Assembly: GCA_036479435.1 (NCBI GenBank)
Contig: JAZGFI010000090.1
Location: 14,846-78,845 of the forward strand
Direction: 5' to 3'
Length of the DNA stretch: 64,000 nt
From: Planctomycetota bacterium
GTDB taxonomy: Bacteria > Planctomycetota > GCA-002687715 > DRQF01
Below, piece by piece: positions 56,878 to 64,000 of this stretch; the first letter of the stretch is position 1, and each line of letters opens with the position of its first letter. Position numbers and translations under genes: made by a program. A model generated the notes under the pieces. The model worked only from the letters and a program-made list of their open reading frames with translations, was not told the origin of the DNA and did no database searches.

Positions 56878-57252
56878 GAGAATTGGGCGTCAGGAGCGAT
56901 GCCTCAATCACTGATTAGCGCTGACAATTGGTGGCGGCAATGTGCCTGACTGGGCTTGTCCGAAGATGTCCAGGGAATTCAGCTCCTGCTCTTCGTTGTC
57001 GGAGAAATGTAGCGATCGATCGGCATGCCGGTTGGCAACACAAGCGCAGTGTGTTCTTGACTGTGCAGCTAAATGACTAGCAAGTCATGAGATCGTTGTG
57101 ATCAGATTTGTCGACGAATGGGCTGTCACAAATGCGCGCTCCGCAGCGAATGAGATCGACAGGGTAGATGATAAAGACCAAGGGATTCCCATCCGACCAA
57201 TTCCCTTGCAAGCGATGATTAGGCGAGACGTCCAGTCGGCATTGCCCAAAAC

Positions 57253-58179
57253 CTACAGCTGTTTCGTTCCGTGGATCGTTGACGGCGCATCGACGAATTT
57301 TAGCCCATTCCCCTGGACAAAAATCTTCCATCGATGCTCATATTGGGCGATCGAAAGGATGTTGAAGTCGTCAGTTTGCCCGGGTTGTCCATCTTCAATC
57401 CCGTCGCCGCATTTCACTCCGCCAAGATCGGTGAGCACGTACCGGTTATGAAATCGTTCACCGCCTGGGTCATCGAGCCAGCGACTAAATTTAACCGTGC
57501 AGCCAATAGGGAGTTTCTTGGCGAATTCGGACGCTTGTTGTTCAAAGAAAGCAAAGGTGCCTGTACGTTCACCGTGCACGTGGAGCATAAGACTCACTTC
57601 GCGACATCCAACCCGCGTGGCGACGACCGATAACTCCTCCAACAAGATGCGGCAGCGTGCCTTTTCAAACGCGAAATGTGGATCAACTATGTGTATTTCT
57701 TTGGCTTCAACTAGAAAGGAACTCAGAGCTTTGACTATTTTCGAAGCGGAGCGCTCAACAACGTCTCCGTTTTCCAAATCCCAAAGTGGATTAGCGAGAA
57801 CACCCAAGTCCTTGGCAAGTAGAAGTTTTGAGAAATTCTCGGCCGACCGCATGGCAATGACCCCTCGGTATGATGCTCGGTCATACTCTGATCGAGCGTT
57901 CTCAAGCCACGAGATTTCCGGGTCATATGTCTGGGCCACCCTTCTGGCACGTGGTCGACCAAGCATCTTGCAGAGTTCGGTTAATCGAGTCTTATCAAAT
58001 TGTGACAAGTCCATTTCCAACGCGAGAGCATGCACAGATCTCACCCACTTGGAGTATTTCGGGATTTCTATAATCACTCGAGGCGTCCCGATTCCAAATT
58101 TGTCGACGATGTATCGAAAGTTGGATGGTTTTGCCCAATCAATGCAAACTTCAGGTTCGACAGCGAAGCAGTGGATCAC
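57253..58179 (-). CDS. Hypothetical protein, partner of the upstream ABC-type ATPase (1-nt stop/start overlap TAGTG); candidate effector of a two-gene defense module
   Basis: GTG start sharing G58179 with the ATPase TAG stop. No HNH or clear TOPRIM seen by eye; 'CFAVEPEV' and 'VLTDLGG' are weakly TOPRIM-like at best. Confidence 0.45.
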   Translation of the reverse strand: MIHCFAVEPEVCIDWAKPSNFRYIVDKFGIGTPRVIIEIPKYSKWVRSVHALALEMDLSQFDKTRLTELCKMLGRPRARRVAQTYDPEISWLENARSEYDRASYRGVIAMRSAENFSKLLLAKDLGVLANPLWDLENGDVVERSASKIVKALSSFLVEAKEIHIVDPHFAFEKARCRILLEELSVVATRVGCREVSLMLHVHGERTGTFAFFEQQASEFAKKLPIGCTVKFSRWLDDPGGERFHNRYVLTDLGGVKCGDGIEDGQPGQTDDFNILSIAQYEHRWKIFVQGNGLKFVDAPSTIHGTKQL

Positions 58180-59648
58180 TATATGAGTTCCCGCATTCGT
58201 TCATCGAAAAACCCGTCGGGCCAGTTGTCAAGGAATTCACCATCTTCAGAGATTCTCAACTCCTTGATGCAAACGTCCCCGTCAATCTGATCGACATAGA
58301 GAACCGCAACATCTTCAGTGGTAACCGGATCCGTTTCAAACGGCAGTTCACCTTCCGATGTCTCTCGAATTCGACGTAACAACCTCAGGATCAAATGTTC
58401 ACTGTGGGTTTCAATGAGAAACTGCCTTTCAGAACATTGGCTGAGAAACAGATCACCCAATGCGACTTGCATCCTAGGATGAATGTGCAACTCAGGCTGT
58501 TCGATCGCGACGATTGTCACAATTTCTCGCGTGCCCAAGGGTGTATCCATAGTCGGTGACAGTGCGGCAACAACAACCGGGACTACTTGACCAATTCCCT
58601 CGCCAAGATCAGCAGGAGACAGGTCCAGAAGTTTCGTCTCATCAAAAACCACAAGCCGACCGATTTCCGGAAGATGATCAGTGAGCGCATCAAAATTCTC
58701 GTCGAGTTCACCATTCATGGCAGCCGCGCGGAGCCGGTCGAACATCGCACCATCGAACTCACGCAGGGTTTTCCAGACAATTTGATATCCGGTGTCCAGT
58801 CTTGACTCGTGACTCAGCCACTTGTTTGCATCTTTTCGAATAGTTTCGTCAATTGAAAGCAGGTCCCATGCGCCGAGCCCGCACGCCCATCTGCTTTCAT
58901 CCAAACGCCTTGGTGATCGATAATTGCGATCAGGTACTTTGCGAATTGGTCCAACATATCTGAAGGTTGAGAGCTCGTCTCTCAACAGATCACATGCGCC
59001 GGTCAACAAATCCCCAGCAGACCGATAATAGTTTTCAACGTCTTCCGAATCCTCGGACTCCTCGAACTGCACGCTGCATCCGACCTCTGGAAGCGCCATC
59101 CGATTCCCAATTGAGCAAGCCACTTTGTCGGTGAGCACGATTGGCAAGTCACCTTCACCTTCGTACCCCAAGATTGGATTCGCGAGATTCAGATTCGTCA
59201 ACCAGACATTGGAACCACCTGAGCTGCAACCGAACTCTGCAAACGGGTCTCCGTTGAACCCAACGGCCAGCCTGTCAACAATTGGCCGTGCAAGGGGAAT
59301 GCTCCAACAAACCCGAATCTCAACACTAATTGTCTCGAAACTAAACTCGGCCGACTCCAATTCAACTCCCTCTGACGGCGCAAATTCAAACCCTACAGTG
59401 ATTGAATTAGTGAGGTCGTGATTGTTGACGTAGCTCTGATATCCGCCAAGGTCTAAGTCGCCACCGAGGCGTGTGCGCCCAACGTCCGGATCACCAAGTT
59501 CAAGCATCGCTTGCGCATAATGAACTGCATGCATTACGGTGCTCTTCCCAGCACTATTTGGACCGAACAACAGAGTGATTGGCTTAAGACTCAATTCCTG
59601 ACGGTCACTAATGCCCTTGAAGTTCTCTATGGAGATTCGACGAATCAT
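58179..59648 (-). CDS. ABC/SMC-type ATPase of the AAA_15/AAA_21 (OLD/PtuA/AriA/GajA-like) class
   Basis: N-terminus 'MIRRISIENFKGI...ITLLFGPNSAGKST' is a Walker A in the typical defense-ATPase context. C-terminus 'VAIEQPELHIHPRMQ' (Walker B/D-loop) and 'FLIETHSEHLI' (H-loop). Start MIRRIS lies 3 nt after the hsdS stop. Confidence 0.8.
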   Translation of the reverse strand: MIRRISIENFKGISDRQELSLKPITLLFGPNSAGKSTVMHAVHYAQAMLELGDPDVGRTRLGGDLDLGGYQSYVNNHDLTNSITVGFEFAPSEGVELESAEFSFETISVEIRVCWSIPLARPIVDRLAVGFNGDPFAEFGCSSGGSNVWLTNLNLANPILGYEGEGDLPIVLTDKVACSIGNRMALPEVGCSVQFEESEDSEDVENYYRSAGDLLTGACDLLRDELSTFRYVGPIRKVPDRNYRSPRRLDESRWACGLGAWDLLSIDETIRKDANKWLSHESRLDTGYQIVWKTLREFDGAMFDRLRAAAMNGELDENFDALTDHLPEIGRLVVFDETKLLDLSPADLGEGIGQVVPVVVAALSPTMDTPLGTREIVTIVAIEQPELHIHPRMQVALGDLFLSQCSERQFLIETHSEHLILRLLRRIRETSEGELPFETDPVTTEDVAVLYVDQIDGDVCIKELRISEDGEFLDNWPDGFFDERMRELI

Positions 59649-59650
59649 GT

Positions 59651-60835
59651 TCAGAGTTCTCCTTTGTATGCGCATTGAGAAAGCGAGTCAAATAACTCAG
59701 CAGCGCGTTTTCTGTGGAGCTCGAAGTTCCGTTTCGCAGAGCGCGCATTGTCATGCAAGGCTAAGAAATCTTCTTGTAAGGGCTTGGGAGGCGTGATTAT
59801 CTCTAATCCACCAAGGCCTCGAGTGTTGATATTGTAGTTCCCTGCAGTCGTCTTTGCTTCGCGAATCAAACGAGACCTAAAAGTTGGAAATGACACAACG
59901 CTCTGTATGAACTGGCTTGAGGTGGGTGAGCCTGGTGTGAGGCGCGCTCGTATCAAGTATGAGGCAAAAAGCGCCTCTCGCTTGTCATCGAAAACCGCAC
60001 ACCGACCGATGTGATCAGGATTGCCATTCGTTCTGACAAAGAGAAGATCGTCTTGCTGAAGAAGGACTCGATTCGCCTCAGCTTGTTCAAGCGTTGTGTA
60101 TTTTAGGTCAACCCAGTTGATTCCACCGTTCTTTATGTTGGGGATGCGAAGAACGGGGCGAGACCCTTCTATTTCGGTCAATGCGCATTTCTTTGAAGTG
60201 CCATAGCGCATCTCAGACGTTAAGCTGTCCAGGCGGCAAGAATCCCACCCCTTGGGATTTTTTACAGGATCACCGAACATATTGTGGAAGGCTGAGCGGA
60301 GGAAATCTTCGGTTAGGGCAATGGACTCTTGCCGTTTTCGTCTGATTGCGTCGGCTTTGTCGAGGATGTCGGCGATGCGCCTTTGTTCAGGGAGAGATGG
60401 GAGGGGGACCGAAAGCGTTGCGAGTCTCGAGAAAGAAATCGCCTTCCGTCGATGAACGGACCCATTCCCTAAGAGTTCATAAGTTGCAAGTGCTTCCGGC
60501 GATTTCAGAAATCGAACAAGGTACTCAGGCAAAACCTCATTAGTGTCAACTTCGAACCCAGTATACATCGGACTAATAATGCAGTCTTCTGGGCCAATAC
60601 CAATTGAGCCTTCGTCAAGGTGAATCGTTGCGTAAGCTATCTCGTTTTTGTGTATCTCTTTGTAGCCTTTGGTATCTCGACTGAATACCTGTTTTTTAAA
60701 GTACTCGAGGCTCGGAACGAAGCCACTATGTTTTGTGACCGCGTAGACGGGCAACTTAGATCCCGTCTTCGCACGCCGCTTGACTTCTCGCGAAACGCTT
60801 CCCAACAGGACTCTCGAAAAGGATCGATCCTTCAA
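59651..60835 (-). CDS. hsdS: Type I restriction-modification system specificity subunit
   Basis: Two target-recognition domains separated by conserved helical spacers ('[28 protein letters not shown]' and '[34 protein letters not shown]'). Confidence 0.85.
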   Translation of the reverse strand: MKDRSFSRVLLGSVSREVKRRAKTGSKLPVYAVTKHSGFVPSLEYFKKQVFSRDTKGYKEIHKNEIAYATIHLDEGSIGIGPEDCIISPMYTGFEVDTNEVLPEYLVRFLKSPEALATYELLGNGSVHRRKAISFSRLATLSVPLPSLPEQRRIADILDKADAIRRKRQESIALTEDFLRSAFHNMFGDPVKNPKGWDSCRLDSLTSEMRYGTSKKCALTEIEGSRPVLRIPNIKNGGINWVDLKYTTLEQAEANRVLLQQDDLLFVRTNGNPDHIGRCAVFDDKREALFASYLIRARLTPGSPTSSQFIQSVVSFPTFRSRLIREAKTTAGNYNINTRGLGGLEIITPPKPLQEDFLALHDNARSAKRNFELHRKRAAELFDSLSQCAYKGEL

Positions 60836-62367
60836 GACAATAGTCCCTCTAATTCATCGAGGTCTGAAGTGATTTCTCTTTCCAACATCCTAATTTTCTC
60901 AATAATGATTCGCGGCTTTTCAGTCTTGGCTTCTTCGTAGACGACTTCCTTGTATCGATTCATGGAAAGGTCGTAATTCTCATCTCTAATTTCGTCAGCC
61001 GACACAAAGAAAGCCTGCGCCTTTCGATCATTTAGTTTCTTGGCGTCTCTTTTTCGCCATTGCTCAACAACATCGGGCAAATCATTTTCTTCAACCGGTC
61101 CAAGCGGTGTTTTTTCTTTGGATGCCTCCGCACGTTTGTCATCTAGAGAATAACCATCCCGCTTAACGTCATAGAAGAAAACGTTGTCTGTTTTTCCACC
61201 TTTTGTGAACACGAGGATGGCCGTTGACACACCGGCATAGGGCTTGAAAACGCCGGACGGCAAGGAGATAACCGCTTCAAGTTGGTTTTCGTCCACGAGC
61301 AGTTTGCGCAGCGATTTGTGGGCACCAGATGAATTGAAAAGAACGCCGTCGGGAACGATGGTAGCACTCCGACCGCCCAACTTAAGCATCTGTAAAATAA
61401 GCCCAACGAATAGTAACTCCGTCTTCTTAGTTTTGACTTTCCGAATCAGCGAAGGATGCACATCGGCATAGTCAAGGCTACCCTTGAACGGTGGATTCGC
61501 AAAGATGACGTCAAAAGCGTTCTCTGCAAACTGTGGAAACTTCTCAGGAAACGAATTACTCAGGGTATCTCGGTAGTGAATCCCTGGATTGTCGACTCCA
61601 TGAAGCATCATGTTCATAGCCGCAATGCGCAGCATCGTCACATCAAAGTCGAAACCATGAAACATGTCTTTTTGTATGTGCTCGCGATAGGGCTCGAGCT
61701 TGTCGCCTGTGAAAATGATGCTGCCGTCCTCAGCTTTGATTTGTCCGGCTTTGGATGTATGAGTTTCAAGAAGATATTGCATGGCCCCAACTAAGAAACC
61801 TGCGGTGCCACAGGCAGGGTCAGCAATTGTTTCGTCTGGTTTTGGTTCAAGTAGCTCAACCATTAGCCGAATGATGTGTCTTGGAGTTCTGAACTGCCCA
61901 TTGATGCCGGCTGTAGTCAACTTGCCAAGCAAATACTCGTAGAGGTCACCTTTGGTGTCGCCGGAGGTGAGAGGAAGTTCATCGACCATGTTGACTGCCT
62001 GAACCAAGAGGCTCGACTTCTGAATCATCAGCTGAGCATCAGCCATGTACTCACTGAAAGTGTCTCCTTCGCTGAGATTCCGTAGATGTTTGAATACGTT
62101 GTCACGAACCATCGGCATCATTTTCTCACCGCTGAGGTGCTTGAAGCTCGACCAACGAAACTCCTGCTCATCTTTAGCGAACACTGGCTGAAACTGCTTC
62201 TTTGATCTTGCGGCACGTATCTCGCTGGCAGACTCTTTGACGTCGAGCAAGCGGATGAACATCAGAAATGAGATCTGCTCAATGACAGTGAGGGGATTGG
62301 TAATCCCGCCTGTCCAAAAGGCTTCCCATAGTTTGTCAATCTTGCTTCTAAGTGGACCAGTAATCAT
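60832..62367 (-). CDS. hsdM: Type I restriction-modification system DNA methyltransferase subunit (N6-adenine)
   Basis: HsdM N-domain, motif I '[12 protein letters not shown]', and motif IV 'NPPF'. 4-nt overlaps with both hsdR and hsdS. Confidence 0.9.
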   Translation of the reverse strand: MITGPLRSKIDKLWEAFWTGGITNPLTVIEQISFLMFIRLLDVKESASEIRAARSKKQFQPVFAKDEQEFRWSSFKHLSGEKMMPMVRDNVFKHLRNLSEGDTFSEYMADAQLMIQKSSLLVQAVNMVDELPLTSGDTKGDLYEYLLGKLTTAGINGQFRTPRHIIRLMVELLEPKPDETIADPACGTAGFLVGAMQYLLETHTSKAGQIKAEDGSIIFTGDKLEPYREHIQKDMFHGFDFDVTMLRIAAMNMMLHGVDNPGIHYRDTLSNSFPEKFPQFAENAFDVIFANPPFKGSLDYADVHPSLIRKVKTKKTELLFVGLILQMLKLGGRSATIVPDGVLFNSSGAHKSLRKLLVDENQLEAVISLPSGVFKPYAGVSTAILVFTKGGKTDNVFFYDVKRDGYSLDDKRAEASKEKTPLGPVEENDLPDVVEQWRKRDAKKLNDRKAQAFFVSADEIRDENYDLSMNRYKEVVYEEAKTEKPRIIIEKIRMLEREITSDLDELEGLLS

Positions 62368-64000
62368 GCAGAGTGTCCTCGGACATCAGGAAAGTTGAAT
62401 CGGTCAATCAGTGTCAGCAGCTCGTCAATGAGTTTGCCTTCAAAGACGCCATCGACGCCGTTTGAGCTGATTGATGTAAATGGTGGATCATAAAGACGGT
62501 CGACTTCGAGACCGCCATTCGCGCAAATGTATGCTTGAAGAATTGAGATGAATTGCAGCTGCTGTGAAGTCAATTCTGTGTGCTTGTGAATGAACTCAGT
62601 AAAACCCACATCCACTGCCTCGGTGTCTAAGCCAATGATGCTTCGAAGCGCACGGTGCAAATCACCAGCCACGTCGATCTTGATGGGTAGGTTCTTGAGA
62701 TCGACCTGTGGGTCGACTCTTAGAATCTTCAATGCCAGATCGTCCAAGTCCTGTTCCGAGACGGCCTCGCCGGCTTTGATTCGAGCGAGGGTAGGGTCTG
62801 CCACGAAGTGTGATTCCAAAACTTCTTGGACGCGCTGTCTGTAGGCAATGAGCTCTTGGCCATCGACCTTCGGGGTGTGTGACTCGGCCACCATAAAGCT
62901 GTCTTTCACATCGATTGTGACAGGATCAATCCTTGGCGCAGCAATCACAATCTTATGTTTCATGATCGACCGCAGATCAGTTCTCAAGTGCTCAAGGTCC
63001 GCAAGAGATGCACTTTCCCAGAACTCATCGCTTCGAACTTGGAGAATGCTGTCGGTCTTTGCTTTCACCTGGTTCAGATTCTTGGGAAGAGCCTCGACTT
63101 CATCTTTCAGCTGGCCAGCCAAGTCTGCGTATTCGCCAGATTCTTGTAAGAGAGAGGTCTGCATGCTCGTCATCAGCAGGTCGTGTCGATAAGCGTCTTC
63201 GTTCCCTCTGATGTCACACCAACGCATGAGTGGTGACACAATGTCGACCAAGGCTGCGTGGGTAGCGGCAGCAAAGGACTTGAGAGTGGCTTCCGAGCCA
63301 AGCTCCTGGAGGTTCTTCCAATGATCTCGGACTCCGATTGCCTTGGAGTTCTTAAGGAAGTTGATGTCAGCTCGAATCAGCTTTATGGCACCCTGGAAGG
63401 CCACTTCGTTCATCTTCTCCAAAGCAACTCGCGCAAACTCGACTCGAGTCCTGAAGACGCGTTCCATGAGTGACTTCGTCGGCGCTGGACTCTGCTCTTC
63501 GAAATGCTCGTCAAAGTACTCAAAGTTGCCCCAATGATCGAAGATGAGGAATTCAGTCTTGTGCATGCCAGGACCAAAGAGGTTAGGACAAAGTCTGGTT
63601 CCACGTCCGATCATCTGCCAGAACTTGACATAGGACTTTATCGGCTTGGCGAAGACCAAGTTCACGATCTCGGGCACGTCGAGGCCGGTATCCATCATGT
63701 CGACTGAGATTGCGATGCGAAGCTCGTGGTCTGGGTTCTTGAAATCATCAATGAGCTGCTCTGCTCTGGGATCGTAGTTGTCGATCACGCGGCAGAAATT
63801 GCCACCATACATGGGATAGAGCTCTGAAAAGACTTCAGAGAGATGCTCTGCATGTTTGTGACCACGGGCAAACACAATGGTCTTCCCTGGTAGGCTTCCA
63901 GACTCATCGCTGATTCCATTTTCCATCAGATTTCGAAGGATGTGACGGCTGGTATCCTTATTGAAAATCTTGCGGTCAATATCGGTTGACTCGTGCTCTA
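62364..64000 (-). CDS. hsdR: Type I restriction enzyme endonuclease/helicase subunit, C-terminal portion; gene continues beyond window end
   Basis: Helicase C-terminal motifs '[14 protein letters not shown]', '[15 protein letters not shown]' and 'QMIGRGTRL'. The reading frame stays open upstream of M63926 through position 64000 (…[22 protein letters not shown]…). Confidence 0.85.
   Translation of the reverse strand, partial: EHESTDIDRKIFNKDTSRHILRNLMENGISDESGSLPGKTIVFARGHKHAEHLSEVFSELYPMYGGNFCRVIDNYDPRAEQLIDDFKNPDHELRIAISVDMMDTGLDVPEIVNLVFAKPIKSYVKFWQMIGRGTRLCPNLFGPGMHKTEFLIFDHWGNFEYFDEHFEEQSPAPTKSLMERVFRTRVEFARVALEKMNEVAFQGAIKLIRADINFLKNSKAIGVRDHWKNLQELGSEATLKSFAAATHAALVDIVSPLMRWCDIRGNEDAYRHDLLMTSMQTSLLQESGEYADLAGQLKDEVEALPKNLNQVKAKTDSILQVRSDEFWESASLADLEHLRTDLRSIMKHKIVIAAPRIDPVTIDVKDSFMVAESHTPKVDGQELIAYRQRVQEVLESHFVADPTLARIKAGEAVSEQDLDDLALKILRVDPQVDLKNLPIKIDVAGDLHRALRSIIGLDTEAVDVGFTEFIHKHTELTSQQLQFISILQAYICANGGLEVDRLYDPPFTSISSNGVDGVFEGKLIDELLTLIDRFNFPDVRGHSA

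Larger units (their letters stand above)
47353..64000. mobile_element. tRNA-Val-associated integrative genomic island (integrase, excisionase, RadC, polymerase-like ORF, Type I R-M + ATPase defense operon); right boundary not reached in window
   Basis: The tRNA 3' end is followed by int. There is a visible drop in GC (AT-rich stretches such as 54456-54540) from about 49.2 kb onward, typical mobile-element genes, and defense cargo. No attR direct repeat of the tRNA 3' end was found within the window. Confidence 0.55.

Noticed and set aside
56880-57250. Possible attR or tRNA-fragment direct repeat in the 370-bp gap before the defense operon
   Set aside because: No match to the tRNA-Val 3' end. 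Only a short 6-bp inverted repeat (ATGACT/AGTCAT) was found.

Overview
High-GC (~60-65% by eye) bacterial chromosomal segment. DUF1573, Tat signal peptides and many conserved hypotheticals make Planctomycetota-like a low-confidence inference. The first ~47 kb is core genome: a threonine-aldolase-like enzyme, an amidohydrolase/S9-peptidase fusion with two compensating frameshifts, lexA, nadB-hflX, uvrB-uvrC, an ABC exporter operon, an H+-pyrophosphatase, rsfS, a DinG-like helicase, leucine dehydrogenase, an ECF sigma factor, and an adenylate cyclase -> cNMP-binding MscS channel -> PstS-like operon. It also holds elbB, trmL, tRNA-Ala(CGC), tandem SIS paralogs, large secreted and FG-GAP proteins, and several Planctomycete-style surface proteins. 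Of those surface proteins, the most striking is a PRRAPAPR-repeat / Tyr-rich / TPR protein; two tandem paralogs share a Trp-rich C-terminal domain. At 47353, tRNA-Val(CAC) is followed by a tyrosine integrase, an integrase C-terminal remnant, an excisionase and RadC. The DNA from there to the window end is visibly lower in GC, consistent with a tRNA-Val-integrated genomic island. Its cargo is on the minus strand: hypotheticals, an HhH-GPD-like protein, an HTH+Zn-ribbon regulator and a 580-aa ORF with family-A polymerase-like motifs A, B and C. It ends in a 5-gene overlapping operon hsdR (partial) - hsdM - hsdS - ABC-type ATPase - unknown partner, i.e. a defense island. The most interesting candidates are the minimal PolA-like protein and the ATPase+partner module embedded in the Type I R-M operon. 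No CRISPR arrays or rRNA genes were seen.
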